NCBI GenBank assembly: GCA_036375165.1
Contig: DASUSI010000178.1
Span: 43,086 to 107,085, forward strand
Reading direction: 5' to 3'
Length of the DNA stretch: 64,000 nt
Source of the DNA: Micromonosporaceae bacterium
GTDB lineage: Bacteria; Actinomycetota; Actinomycetes; Mycobacteriales; Micromonosporaceae
In this document: one piece after another, positions 30,389 through 42,034 of the stretch
How positions within the stretch are numbered: position 1 is the first letter of the stretch
How the letters are laid out: each line of letters begins with the position of its first letter
Made by a program: the position numbers and the translations under genes
Notes under the pieces: generated by a model
What the model was told of the DNA's origin: nothing
What the model saw: only the letters and a program-made list of their open reading frames with translations
The model's database searches: none

Positions 30389-31327
30389 ATGCGGGTCGTG
30401 GTCACCGGTGGCGCGGGGTTCATCGGTTCGCACCTGGTGGACCGGCTGGTGGCGGACGGCGCGGAGGTCGTGGTCGTAGACCACCTGCGGGGCGGCCACG
30501 AGGCGAATCTCGCCGTCGCGTTGCGTACCGGGCGGGTGAGCGTGGTGCGCCAGGATGTCACCGGTCCGGGCGTGACTGAACGGATCGCCGAGGCGGCACC
30601 TGACACGGTGTTCCATCTGGCCGCGCAGATCGACGTGCGGGCCAGTGTGGTGGACCCGGTGCACGACGCGACCAGCAACGTGCTCGGTACGCTCGCGGTC
30701 CTGGAAGCGGCCCGCCGGTCCGGTGTCCGCAAGGTGGTGTTCGTGTCCTCCGTGGCGGTGTACGGCCCGCCGGTCTCGCTGCCGGTCACGGAGAACGCCG
30801 TACCCAGGCCGCTGTCCCCGTACGCGGTGAGCAAGCTGGCCGGCGAGTTCTACCTGCACCAGTACCGGGAATTGCACGGACTCGACACCACGGTGTTGAC
30901 GTTGAGCAACACGTACGGGCCAAGGCAGGATCCGCACGGCGAGGCCGGCGTTGTCGCGATCTTCGCCGACGCGTTGCTGTCCGGCAAGCCGACCCGGGTG
31001 TACGGGGATGGCGGCAACGTCCGCGACTACGTGTACGTCGGTGACGTGGTGGATGCCCTGGCGGTCGCGGCGGCCCGGCCAGGCACCGGCCGCAGGATCA
31101 ACATCGGCACCGGGCGGCGTACCAGCGACCTGGAGTTGCACCGGCTGGTCGCAGAGGCGGCGGGAGTGCGGGTCGAACCGGAGTTCGCCCCGGCGAGGCT
31201 CGGGGACCTGCGCGAGATGGTGCTGGACGCGTCCGCGGCCAGGGAGGTGCTTGGCTGGGTGCCACGTACCTCCCTGGCCGACGGGATCAAGCTGACCGTC
31301 GAGGCGTTGCGTGCCGGACGGCGGTAG
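30389..31327 (+). CDS. NAD-dependent epimerase/dehydratase (GalE-like UDP-hexose 4-epimerase)
   Basis: Rossmann VVVTGGAGFIGSHLV and catalytic SPYAVSK (YxxxK). GGGAGGAG RBS before ATG 30389. Confidence 0.85.
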   Translation: MRVVVTGGAGFIGSHLVDRLVADGAEVVVVDHLRGGHEANLAVALRTGRVSVVRQDVTGPGVTERIAEAAPDTVFHLAAQIDVRASVVDPVHDATSNVLGTLAVLEAARRSGVRKVVFVSSVAVYGPPVSLPVTENAVPRPLSPYAVSKLAGEFYLHQYRELHGLDTTVLTLSNTYGPRQDPHGEAGVVAIFADALLSGKPTRVYGDGGNVRDYVYVGDVVDALAVAAARPGTGRRINIGTGRRTSDLELHRLVAEAAGVRVEPEFAPARLGDLREMVLDASAAREVLGWVPRTSLADGIKLTVEALRAGRR

Positions 31328-31336
31328 CGGATCGGC

Positions 31337-32884
31337 TCAGGTGTTGCGCGGGAAGCTCAACGTGACCCCGTCCGAGGGGAACCGGGCCGCGTTCTGCCCC
31401 GCCGAACCGGCCGAGGGTGTCTCGGGTGCCGGCTGGTGAGGCCAGCGGCTGGTCACCGCCTTTGTGCGGGTGTAGAAGCGCACCCCGTCCGGCCCGTACG
31501 CGTGGGCGTCACCGAACAGGGACGACTTCCAGCCGCCGAACGAGTAATACGCCACCGGGACCGGGATCGGGACGTTCACCCCGACCATTCCCACCTCCAC
31601 CTCGTACTGGAACCGGCGGGCGGCCGCGCCGTCGCGAGTGAAGATCGCGGTTCCGTTCCCGTATCGGTTCGTGTTCACGAGGTCGGCAGCCTCCTGGTAG
31701 GAACCGACCCGCACCACTGACAGCACCGGTCCGAAGATCTCGTCGGTGTAGACGCTCATTTCTGGGCGTACCCGGTCAAATAGCGTGGGACCGAGCCAGA
31801 ACCCGTCCGCGGCGCCGTCGACCGGGTGCTGGCGGCCGTCCACCGCCAGTTCCGCGCCGTCGGCGAGGCCGGCGTCGAGGTAGCCGAGCACCCGGTCGCG
31901 GTGCGCGGCGGTGATCAACGGGCCCATCTCGCAGCCTGGGCGGATGCCGTCACCCACGTGCAGTTCCGAGATCCGTTTCTTGATCTTCGAGACCAGGTCG
32001 TCGGCGACGGGCTCCACGGCCACCACCACGGAGACCGCCATGCAGCGTTCTCCAGCGGACCCGAAGCCAGCGGAGACCGCAGCGTCCGCGGTCAGGTCCA
32101 GGTCGGCGTCGGGGAGTACCACCATGTGGTTCTTGGCGCCGCCGAGTGCCTGGACCCGCTTCCCGTGGGCGGCGGCGGTCTGGTAGATGTACCGCGCGAC
32201 CGGTGTGGAACCCACAAAGGACACGGCCTTGACCGTCGGGTGTTCCAGGATCCGGTCCACCGCCTCCTTGTCGCCGTGGACCACGTTGAACACCCCGTCA
32301 GGGAGGCCGGCCTCGGCCCACATCCGCGCGATCGCGAGTGACGCCGAGGGGTCCTTCTCGCTGGGTTTGAGCACGACGGAGTTGCCGCAGGCGATCGCGA
32401 CCGGCGCGAACCACATCGGCACCATGGCCGGGAAGTTGAAGGGTGAGATGATCGCGACCACGCCCAGTGGTTGCTGGATCGAGTACACGTCCACGCCGGT
32501 GGAGGCGTTCTCGGTGTAGCCACCCTTGAGCAGATGCGGCACGCCGCAGGCGAACTCGACCACTTCCAGGGCTCGGTGCACCTCGCCGGCCGCGTCGCTG
32601 AGCACCTTCCCGTGCTCGGCGGTGATGATGCCGGCGAGTTCGTCGCGGCGGGCACGGAGCAGCTCGCGGAACCCGAAGAGAACCCCAGTGCGCCGGGCGA
32701 GCGAGGCGTCCCGCCATTGCGGGAACGCCCGCGCCGCCGCGTCGACGGCGGCGTCCACCTCGGCCGGTCCTGCGAAGTCGACCTGGCCGGCGAGGGCGCC
32801 GGTGGCCGGATTGAAGATGTCACCGGTACGGCCCGTCGGGCCGCTCCAGGGTTTGCCGTTGACCCAGTGAGTTACGCGGTTCAT
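31337..32884 (-). CDS. mmsA: CoA-acylating methylmalonate/malonate-semialdehyde dehydrogenase
   Basis: HWVNGKPW...IFNPATG N-terminus, catalytic region FGSAGERCMA (the mmsA-type Cys context). About 515 aa. ATGA start/stop overlap with the upstream aminotransferase gene. Confidence 0.85.
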   Translation of the reverse strand: MNRVTHWVNGKPWSGPTGRTGDIFNPATGALAGQVDFAGPAEVDAAVDAAARAFPQWRDASLARRTGVLFGFRELLRARRDELAGIITAEHGKVLSDAAGEVHRALEVVEFACGVPHLLKGGYTENASTGVDVYSIQQPLGVVAIISPFNFPAMVPMWFAPVAIACGNSVVLKPSEKDPSASLAIARMWAEAGLPDGVFNVVHGDKEAVDRILEHPTVKAVSFVGSTPVARYIYQTAAAHGKRVQALGGAKNHMVVLPDADLDLTADAAVSAGFGSAGERCMAVSVVVAVEPVADDLVSKIKKRISELHVGDGIRPGCEMGPLITAAHRDRVLGYLDAGLADGAELAVDGRQHPVDGAADGFWLGPTLFDRVRPEMSVYTDEIFGPVLSVVRVGSYQEAADLVNTNRYGNGTAIFTRDGAAARRFQYEVEVGMVGVNVPIPVPVAYYSFGGWKSSLFGDAHAYGPDGVRFYTRTKAVTSRWPHQPAPETPSAGSAGQNAARFPSDGVTLSFPRNT

Positions 32885-34176
32885 GCCGTCAGCTCCTTCC
32901 GTACGGCTGCCAACGCGTCGGTGAGGATCCCGACGGCTTCGTCGACCTCGGAGGAGGTGACGGTCATCGGCGGGGCGAGCCGGATCGCGTTGCCGTACAG
33001 GCCGCCCTTGCCGACCAGAAGCCCCCGGGAGCGGGTTTCCTCCAGCAGCAGCGTGGCCGCTGCTGGGCTGGGCTCGGTGCCGCCGGGTGCCACCAGCTCG
33101 ATGCCGACCATCAGGCCCATCCCGCGGACGTCACCGACCAGGTCGTTTTCGGCCGCGGCGGTACGCAGGCCGCCAATCAGTTGCGTGCCCCGCTGTGCCG
33201 CGTTGCCCTGCAGGTCGTGGTCGAACAGGTAGTCAAGGGCAGCCTTCGCGGCGGTGGCGGCGATCGGATTGCCACCGAACGTGGAGATCGAGTTCGCGGG
33301 CAGGCAGTCCATCAGGTCCGGGCGGGCCACCAGGCCACCGATCGCGATGCCGTTGCCGAGTCCCTTGGCGAACGTCATCGCGTCCGGTGTGACGCCATGT
33401 GCCCCGATGCCCCAGAAATGGGCTCCGGTACGTCCCCACCCGGTCTGGACCTCGTCGGACACGAACAGGATGCCGTACTCGTCGAGGATCTGTTTGAAGG
33501 CGGCGAAAAGTCCAGGCGGCGGCACGGTGAACCCGCCGACGCCCTGGATCGGTTCGGCGATCATGCACGCCACGTCACCGGCCGTGGTGGTCTCGATGAT
33601 GTTGCGTAGATCGTCGGCGCAGGCCCGGATGTAGTCGTGGTCGGAGAGGTTGCGGAACGGGCTGCGGTAGCGGTAGCCGCCATGCACATAGCTGACTTGC
33701 ACCGGGCTGAGCGACGTAGCGGACCAGCCACGGTTTCCGGTGATGGCGACGGTGGCGAACGCCCGCCCGTGGTAGGAGTTGCGCAGCGCCAGGACCTGGT
33801 TGCTGCGCCGGTGTTGGGTGGCGAGCATCAGCGCCGTCTCGTTCGCCTCGGTGCCGGAGTTGGTGAAGAACACCTTGGCGTCCTCGATGCCGGACAGCCG
33901 GGCGATCTTCTCGGCCAGCTCGACCTGGTGCCGGATCAGGTACAGGGTGGAGGTGTGAAGAATCCCGGTGTCGAGCTGGGCACGGATCGCGTCGCTGATT
34001 TCCGCGATGTCGTACCCGATGCCGTTGGTCAGGATCCCGGCGAAGAAGTCGAGGTACTCGGTGCCTGAGTCGTCGCTGACCCGGCGCCCCGACCCGCGGA
34101 CGATTTCGATCGGCTGTTCGTAGTAGAGGGCAAGCCAGGAGGGCATAACCGCACGGTGGCGGGCAAGCAAGGTCAT
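32881..34176 (-). CDS. class-III (omega) aminotransferase, candidate beta-alanine aminotransferase
   Basis: YLDFFAGILTNGIGY, ...FVSDEVQTGWGRTG..., TFAKGLGNG (PLP-Lys). ATG 34176 preferred over track start 34572. Confidence 0.85.
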   Translation of the reverse strand: MTLLARHRAVMPSWLALYYEQPIEIVRGSGRRVSDDSGTEYLDFFAGILTNGIGYDIAEISDAIRAQLDTGILHTSTLYLIRHQVELAEKIARLSGIEDAKVFFTNSGTEANETALMLATQHRRSNQVLALRNSYHGRAFATVAITGNRGWSATSLSPVQVSYVHGGYRYRSPFRNLSDHDYIRACADDLRNIIETTTAGDVACMIAEPIQGVGGFTVPPPGLFAAFKQILDEYGILFVSDEVQTGWGRTGAHFWGIGAHGVTPDAMTFAKGLGNGIAIGGLVARPDLMDCLPANSISTFGGNPIAATAAKAALDYLFDHDLQGNAAQRGTQLIGGLRTAAAENDLVGDVRGMGLMVGIELVAPGGTEPSPAAATLLLEETRSRGLLVGKGGLYGNAIRLAPPMTVTSSEVDEAVGILTDALAAVRKELTA

Positions 34177-34286
34177 GGCCCGAGTCTCATCCCGCCGAGG
34201 GGAACCCAACCATGGACGAAATGCATCCAAACCAACGCTGGGTCGATACAGTGTGTCCGCCAGCCTGGTGACGCTGGGAGGTGGCC

Positions 34287-35954
34287 GTGTACCCGACCGT
34301 CTCGGAAGTGCTGACACTCCCGCTGATTCGTCGCGCCGGAGCCCGGGTGGTGGCGGGTTCGGTGGGGCTCGACCGCCGGGTGCGCTGGGCGCACGTGGCC
34401 GAAGTCGCCGACATCGCACATCTGCTGCGGGGTGGTGAGCTGGTGTTGAGCACAGGGATCGCACTCCCGGACGACGACGCGGGGTTGAGCGGTTACGTCG
34501 CCGACCTGGCCCGCGTCGGTGCGGCGGGTCTGGTGGTGGAGTTGATCCGTCGCTGGCAGCACGACGTGCCACCGGCGTTGAAGGCCGCGGCCGACCGGCA
34601 CGGTCTGCCGGTGGTGACCCTGGCCCGGGAGATCCGATATGTGAGCGTCTCGGAAGCGGTGGTCTCCATGATCATGGACGCTCAGGTGGCCGAGTTGCGG
34701 GCGGCCCAACAGGTGCACGAGAGGTTCACCGCGCTCACCGTGACCGGGGCCGAACCCGCGGCCATCCTGCAGGAGGTGGCCCGGATGTCCGGGCTACCGG
34801 TGGTACTGGAGACTCTCGCCCACCACGTCCTCGGCTATCACGCGGCCAGCCAGCCGCCCGCCGACCTGCTCGCCGACTGGGAACGGCGGTCGCGAGCGGT
34901 GACCCTGCCGGGGCGTACCGCGTACCATCCGGGCGCCGGCTGGCTCGCCACCATCGTGGGGGCGCGCGGGGATGACTGGGGCCGGTTGATCCTGATGTCC
35001 CCGGACGAGCCGCCGCAGCGCCACGTGGTGATGCTGGAAAGAGCGGCTGACGCACTCGCTTTGAACCGGTTGCTCGCCCGGGACCGGGACAGCCTGGAAC
35101 GGCAGACCCACCGGACCCTGCTGACCGCGTTGCTCTCGCCGGGTCCCGCCCCGGCAGACCTCGACGCCCGCGCCGCCGCGCTGGGGGTACGGCTGTCCGG
35201 CCGGCAACTGGTGGGGATGGCGGTACGCCCCCACCCGACGCCGAGCGCGGTCGGTGACCGACCTTCGCTGGGAACCCACGAGGTGCTGCGTGATCTGGCC
35301 GAGGCGACCGCGCTGGCCGCCCGCCGGGCAGGTCTGCCGGCGCTGGTCGGGATCGTTGACGACACCAGTGTCCAGGCGCTGCTGTCGTCGCCGGGCACCA
35401 CCACGGCCGATGCTCAGCTGCGGCGGATGGCCCGGGAGGTGCGGGCGGTCGCCGCCGCGTCGCGGTCGCTGCGAGGGTTGCCAGTGGTGGTCGCGGCCGG
35501 CAGTGCCATCTCGCCGGGGCCCCACGCGATCTCCGCGGCCGGGAGGAGCCTGCGGGAAGCGGTGCACGTCGCCGGTGCGGCAACCCGCCAGTCCGAGCCG
35601 GACACCGTCGCCGAACGTGGATACCACTCCCTGGCCGACGTGCGGGTCCGGGGCCTGTTGCACCTGTTGCGCGACGATGAGCGTCTGGACGCCTTCGTGG
35701 AACGGGAACTCGGTCCGCTGCTGTCAGGACAGACCCCACAGGCCGACCGGCTGCTGGAGGTGCTTCGCGGCTACTGTGAGCACGGCGGCAACAAGTCCGC
35801 CGCCGCGGTGGCGGCACACACGTCCCGTACCGCGTACTACCAGCAGTTGGCGCGGGTGGAGCAGGTCCTCGGGGTACGCCTGGACGACCCTGAGTCGGTG
35901 CTGTCGCTGCATGTGGCGCTGCTCGCGCTGGAGGCGTCCACTCAGGCCCTCTGA
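34287..35954 (+). CDS. PucR family transcriptional regulator
   Basis: N-terminal purine-catabolism PurC-like domain (VSEVLTLPLIRRAG...RVRWAHVAE...LLRGGELVLSTG). C-terminal PucR HTH (...NKSAAAVAAHTSRTAYYQQLARVEQVLG). Start GTG 34287 (GGGAGG 5 nt upstream) or GTG 34281. Confidence 0.8.
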   Translation: MYPTVSEVLTLPLIRRAGARVVAGSVGLDRRVRWAHVAEVADIAHLLRGGELVLSTGIALPDDDAGLSGYVADLARVGAAGLVVELIRRWQHDVPPALKAAADRHGLPVVTLAREIRYVSVSEAVVSMIMDAQVAELRAAQQVHERFTALTVTGAEPAAILQEVARMSGLPVVLETLAHHVLGYHAASQPPADLLADWERRSRAVTLPGRTAYHPGAGWLATIVGARGDDWGRLILMSPDEPPQRHVVMLERAADALALNRLLARDRDSLERQTHRTLLTALLSPGPAPADLDARAAALGVRLSGRQLVGMAVRPHPTPSAVGDRPSLGTHEVLRDLAEATALAARRAGLPALVGIVDDTSVQALLSSPGTTTADAQLRRMAREVRAVAAASRSLRGLPVVVAAGSAISPGPHAISAAGRSLREAVHVAGAATRQSEPDTVAERGYHSLADVRVRGLLHLLRDDERLDAFVERELGPLLSGQTPQADRLLEVLRGYCEHGGNKSAAAVAAHTSRTAYYQQLARVEQVLGVRLDDPESVLSLHVALLALEASTQAL

Positions 35955-36044
35955 CCGGCCCTTCTGACAGTTTGTCCATTTCGGACCGGGATTCCGGACA
36001 CTCTGCCACTGCCTTGTGCCACGCCGTCCGCCCACCATGCCGAA

Positions 36045-37584
<1,540 letters not shown>

Positions 37585-37592
<8 letters not shown>

Positions 37593-38427
37593 CATCGTTC
37601 GCGCCGGCCTGGTACAGCAGAAGTGGACCGGCGACAAGCAATCCATGATCGACAACGCGGTGTCCGCGATCGAGTCCGCGGCTTCCCAGGGCGCCCAGGT
37701 GGTGTGCCTACAGGAGCTGTTCTACGGGCCGTACTTCTGCCAGGTGCAGGACGCCGACTTCTACTCCTACACCGAACAGATCCCGGACGGGCCGACCACC
37801 ACGCTGATGTGTGAGCTGGCGCGGCGGCACAACATGGTCCTGATCGTTCCGATGTACGAGCAGGAACAGCCAGGCGTCTACTACAACACCGCCGCGGTGA
37901 TCGACGCCGACGGCCGTTACCTCGGCAAGCACCGAAAGAATCACATTCCGCAGGTGAAAGGCTTCTGGGAGAAGTTCTACTTCCGCCCGGGAAACCTGGG
38001 ATACCCGGTGTTCGACACTGCCGTGGGCAAGATCGGCGTCTACATCTGCTACGAGCGGCACTTCCCCGAGGGCTGGCGGGCGCTTGGCCTGGCCGGCGCC
38101 CGGATCGTGTTCAACCCGTCGGCCACCAGCCGCGGCCTGTCGGAGTACCTGTGGCGGTTGGAACAGCCCGCTGCGGCGGTCGCCAACGAGTACTTCGTCG
38201 GCACCATCAACCGGGTCGGTGTGGAGCCGCTCGGTGACAATGACTTCTACGGTCAGTCGTACTTCGCCGACCCGCGCGGCCAGTTCGTCGGAGCCGCCGC
38301 CTCGGACACTGAGGAGGAGGTCGTGGTCCGGGACCTGGACATGGGGTTGCTCGCCGAGGTCCGCGACCTGTGGGCGTTCTACCGGGATCGTCGACCCGAG
38401 ACGTACGACTCGCTGACCACCCCATGA
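37585..38427 (+). CDS. nitrilase-superfamily carbon-nitrogen hydrolase, beta-ureidopropionase-like
   Basis: CLQELF (Glu), HRKNHIP (Lys), ICYERHFPE (Cys) catalytic triad contexts. 8-nt overlap with the permease gene. Confidence 0.8.
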
Positions 38428-38440
38428 CCGGAGGCGACCG

Positions 38441-39844
38441 ATGAGCATTCTGATCAAAGGCGGCACCGTCATCTCCGCCACCGGGGCGCATGCGTCGGAC
38501 GTGCTGGTCTCAGGCGAGCGGATCGCCGCCATCGCAGCCCCCGACGCCGGCCTCACCGAAGCGTGGCAACAGCGGGCCGACACCGTGATCGACGCCGCCG
38601 GCAAGTATGTGCTGCCCGGCGGTATCGACGTGCACACCCACATGGAGATGCCGTTCGGGGGCACCCACTCGGTGGACACGTTCGAAACCGGCACCCGGGC
38701 CGCCGCGTGGGGCGGCACCACCACGATCATCGACTTCGCGGTGCAGCAGAAAGGACAGACGCTGCTGGCCACTATGGACCGCTGGCACCAGAAGGCCGAC
38801 GGCAACTGCGCCATCGACTACGGCTTCCACATGATCATCGCGGATGTCAACGAGTCCACGCTCAAGGAGATGGACGCCTGCGTGGCCGCCGGGGTGAACA
38901 GCTTCAAGATGTTCATGGCCTACCCCGGGGTGTTCTACGCCACGGACGGGGAGATCCTGCTGGCGATGCAGCGGGCCGCCGAGAACGGTTCCCTGATCAT
39001 GATGCACGCCGAGAACGGCATCGCGATCGACCAACTCGTGGCGCAGGCGCTGGCGAAGGGCCAGACCGACCCGGTGTATCACGGGCTGACCCGCCCGGCC
39101 GAACTGGAGGCGGAGGCCACCCACCGGGCGGCGGTGCTGGCCAAGGTGACCGGCGCGCCGCTGTACGTCGTGCACCTGTCCTCCGAACCGGCGCTGGCTG
39201 CGGTCCGCGCCGCCCGCGACACCGGGCAGAACGTATTCGCCGAAACCTGCCCGCAATACCTCTACCTGTCCATCGAGGACATGGCCAAGCCTGACTTCGA
39301 GGGCTCCAAGTACGTCTGCTCGCCGCCGGTGCGCCCCCGGGAGCATCAGGACACGCTGTGGCAGGGGCTGCGCACCAACGACTTGTCGGTGGTGTCCACG
39401 GACCACTGCCCATTCTGTTTCAACGAGCAGAAGGAACTGGGTCGCGGGGACTTCTCCAAGATCCCCAATGGGCTGCCCGGGGTCGAGCACCGGATGGACC
39501 TGCTGCACCAGGGTGTGGTGGCCGGCGAGCTGTCGCTGGCCCGCTGGGTGGAGGTGGCGTCCACCACCCCCGCCCGGATGTTCGGTCTCTACCCCCGCAA
39601 GGGCGTGATCGCCGCCGGCTCCGACGCCGACATCGTGGTGTACGACCCGAAGGCGACTCAGATCCTGTCGGTGGCCACCCACCACATGAATGTGGACTAC
39701 TCGGCGTACGAGGGCATGGAGATCACCGGAAAGGTGGCCGCCGTGCTGTCCCGGGGCCGGGTGGTGGTCGCCGGGGACGAGTTCCACGGCAGTGCCGGCC
39801 ACGGCAGGTTCTTGAGCCGCGATCTGAGTCAGTACCTGCACTGA
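38441..39844 (+). CDS. hydA: dihydropyrimidinase (D-hydantoinase)
   Basis: LIKGGTVISA..., metal ligands GGIDVHTHMEMPFGG, FKMFMAY (carboxylated Lys), MMHAENG, VVHLSS, VSTDHCPF. Confidence 0.9.
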   Translation: MSILIKGGTVISATGAHASDVLVSGERIAAIAAPDAGLTEAWQQRADTVIDAAGKYVLPGGIDVHTHMEMPFGGTHSVDTFETGTRAAAWGGTTTIIDFAVQQKGQTLLATMDRWHQKADGNCAIDYGFHMIIADVNESTLKEMDACVAAGVNSFKMFMAYPGVFYATDGEILLAMQRAAENGSLIMMHAENGIAIDQLVAQALAKGQTDPVYHGLTRPAELEAEATHRAAVLAKVTGAPLYVVHLSSEPALAAVRAARDTGQNVFAETCPQYLYLSIEDMAKPDFEGSKYVCSPPVRPREHQDTLWQGLRTNDLSVVSTDHCPFCFNEQKELGRGDFSKIPNGLPGVEHRMDLLHQGVVAGELSLARWVEVASTTPARMFGLYPRKGVIAAGSDADIVVYDPKATQILSVATHHMNVDYSAYEGMEITGKVAAVLSRGRVVVAGDEFHGSAGHGRFLSRDLSQYLH

Positions 39845-39899
39845 CCCGGCCGACCCCGCGGGACGGCAACTCGGCGGGGCGATGAATTCTGGAGGAGCC

Positions 39900-40898
39900 A
39901 TGGACTTCGGTGTGGTGATGCAGACGGACCCGCCGGCCCGGGACGTCATCGAGACGATGCGGGTCGCGGAGGACTGCGGGTTCCGCTACGGCTGGACGTT
40001 TGACTCCTGCGTGCTGTGGCAGGAGCCGTTCGTGATCTACTCGCAGGTCCTGTCGGCCACCCGGTCGATGACGGTGGGCCCGATGGTGACCAACCCCAGC
40101 ACCCGGGACTGGTCGGTGACGGCGTCCCTGTTCGCCACGCTCAACGAGATGTACGGCAACCGCACGGTGTGCGGCATCGGGCGGGGCGACTCGGCGAACC
40201 GGGTGGTCGGCCGGCCACCGGCCACGCTGGGGCACCTCGCCGAGGCGATGAGGGTGATCAAGAATCTCGCCGAAGGCCGGGAAGCCGTTATGAACGGCAC
40301 CACCGTGCGGATCCCGTGGGTGCGGGACGGCCGGCTGGGGATCTGGATGGCGGCGTACGGTCCCAAAGCGCTCAAGCTGGTCGGGGAGCAGGCCGACGGG
40401 TTCATCCTGCAGACCGCCGACCCGGACATCGCCCGGTGGACCATCCAGTCGGTACGCCAAGCCGCCACCGACGCCGGACGCGACCCGGACGCGATCACGA
40501 TCTGCGTGGCCGCTCCCGCGTACGTGGGGGAGGACCTGGACCACCAGCGGGAGCAGTTGCGCTGGTTCGGTGGCATGGTCGGCAACCACGTCGCTGACCT
40601 GGTGGCCCGCTACGGCACCGACGGTCCAGTGCCCCGGGCGCTCACCGACTACATCGAAGGACGCAGGGGATACGACTACTCGCACCACGGCAAGCCGGGC
40701 AACCCGACGACCGACTTCGTTCCGGACGAGATCGTCGACCGGTTCTGCCTACTGGGACCGGTGTCGGCTCACGTCGACCGGCTCCAGGAACTGGTCGAGA
40801 TCGGGGTCGACAACTTCTCGATCTACCTGATGCACGACCAGAAGGACAAGACCCTGTCGGCGTACGGCGCGGATGTGATCGGCCGGTTCGCCGGCTGA
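39900..40898 (+). CDS. LLM-class (luciferase-like) F420-dependent oxidoreductase
   Basis: MDFGVVMQTDPPARDVIETMRVAEDCGFRYGWTFDSCVLWQEP...GPMVTNPSTRDW...GIGRGDSA pattern is typical of actinobacterial F420-dependent LLM enzymes. Last gene of the permease-hydrolase-hydantoinase string. Confidence 0.7.
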   Translation: MDFGVVMQTDPPARDVIETMRVAEDCGFRYGWTFDSCVLWQEPFVIYSQVLSATRSMTVGPMVTNPSTRDWSVTASLFATLNEMYGNRTVCGIGRGDSANRVVGRPPATLGHLAEAMRVIKNLAEGREAVMNGTTVRIPWVRDGRLGIWMAAYGPKALKLVGEQADGFILQTADPDIARWTIQSVRQAATDAGRDPDAITICVAAPAYVGEDLDHQREQLRWFGGMVGNHVADLVARYGTDGPVPRALTDYIEGRRGYDYSHHGKPGNPTTDFVPDEIVDRFCLLGPVSAHVDRLQELVEIGVDNFSIYLMHDQKDKTLSAYGADVIGRFAG

Positions 40899-40902
40899 CG
40901 GC

Positions 40903-41982
40903 TCACTGGCCGACCCCCTCAGCGCTTCGACCCGCTGGCTCGGCGGTGGCTCGGGGCGCCGAGGGACTGCCGATCCGGCGGCCCGGCAGCGCGGCGATTC
41001 CGACCGCCAGCAGCGTGACAGCCGCACCGGCGACGGTGCTGGCCTGCAGCCGCGCCCCCGCGGCGGGCGCGACCAGGTCGAGGGCGATCGCGCCGACGAG
41101 CTGGCCCGCGATGGTGGACAGACCCAGAAGCAGAACCCCGATCCAGCGCACCACAACCGCCGCGACCCAGATGAACACCACCCCCAGCGGGCCACCCAGG
41201 TACAGCCAGGGTTCGGTCGGTAACGCCGTTGGCGTCCCACGGACGGTTCGTACCACCAGCCAGGAAACGGTGAGCAGTGCGGTCCCGGCGGCGAAGTTGA
41301 CCAGCGCGGCGGTCAGCGCACTCTGGGCCGCCGCGCGGACCTGCCCATTCACCGCCTGTTGCACCGCGATTCCGGCTCCGGCGACCAGCGGGAGCAGGAC
41401 CAGCCACAGCGCGACCCCGCTTTGGATTCGGTCGGACATCGCAGCCGTCACAGCGGCGAGTGCCAGCCCGGCCCCGACGACCCGCGGCCAGGTCAGCGGC
41501 TTTCGGCCGCCCGGCCCCAGGCCGGCCCGGTCCACCAGCAGCGACGATCCGGTCTGCCCGGCGACCAGGGCGACCGAGAAGATCGCGACGCCGATCACGC
41601 CGACGGTCAGGCTCTGGGTGGCGACCAGGAACCCGCCGCTGATCCCGCCGAGGCACTGCCAGAACCGCAGCGAGCCGTGCCGTAACGCCGCGCCGAGCCG
41701 GGCCACGCCGTTGCGGGCGGTGGGCAGCAGCGGCACGAGCAGCACCAGCAGCGCCAGTCCGATGCCGAACGAGATCAGCGCGGCCAGTACCCCGTCCCCG
41801 AGGCGCACCCCGAGTTCCCCGTTGATCCGCGACTGCACCGCGAACGCCGCGCCGCTGAGCGCGGACAGCAACACACCGAGAGTCTTTTCCGATCGGGTGA
41901 CCGGGCGGGATGCGTGGGGTCCGACGGTCTCGGCAGGGCGCTGCCCGATGGCGGTACGGCCCAGGGCCGGGTGGAATCCCAC
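40903..41982 (-). CDS. DMT-superfamily transporter (duplicated DUF606/YdcZ-type)
   Basis: Two repeats of ...AVQSRINGELGVRLGDGVLAALISFGIGL... / ...AVQQAVNGQVRAAAQSALTAALVNFAAGT... GTG 41982 has AGGGAGGA 7 nt upstream; track start 42054 would overlap the upstream gene. Confidence 0.65.
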   Translation of the reverse strand: MGFHPALGRTAIGQRPAETVGPHASRPVTRSEKTLGVLLSALSGAAFAVQSRINGELGVRLGDGVLAALISFGIGLALLVLLVPLLPTARNGVARLGAALRHGSLRFWQCLGGISGGFLVATQSLTVGVIGVAIFSVALVAGQTGSSLLVDRAGLGPGGRKPLTWPRVVGAGLALAAVTAAMSDRIQSGVALWLVLLPLVAGAGIAVQQAVNGQVRAAAQSALTAALVNFAAGTALLTVSWLVVRTVRGTPTALPTEPWLYLGGPLGVVFIWVAAVVVRWIGVLLLGLSTIAGQLVGAIALDLVAPAAGARLQASTVAGAAVTLLAVGIAALPGRRIGSPSAPRATAEPAGRSAEGVGQ

Positions 41983-42034
41983 CCCGCCATCCTCCCTCGT
42001 CAGTGGTCCTGGGTTGCGGCTGGTCGGGGGGTCG

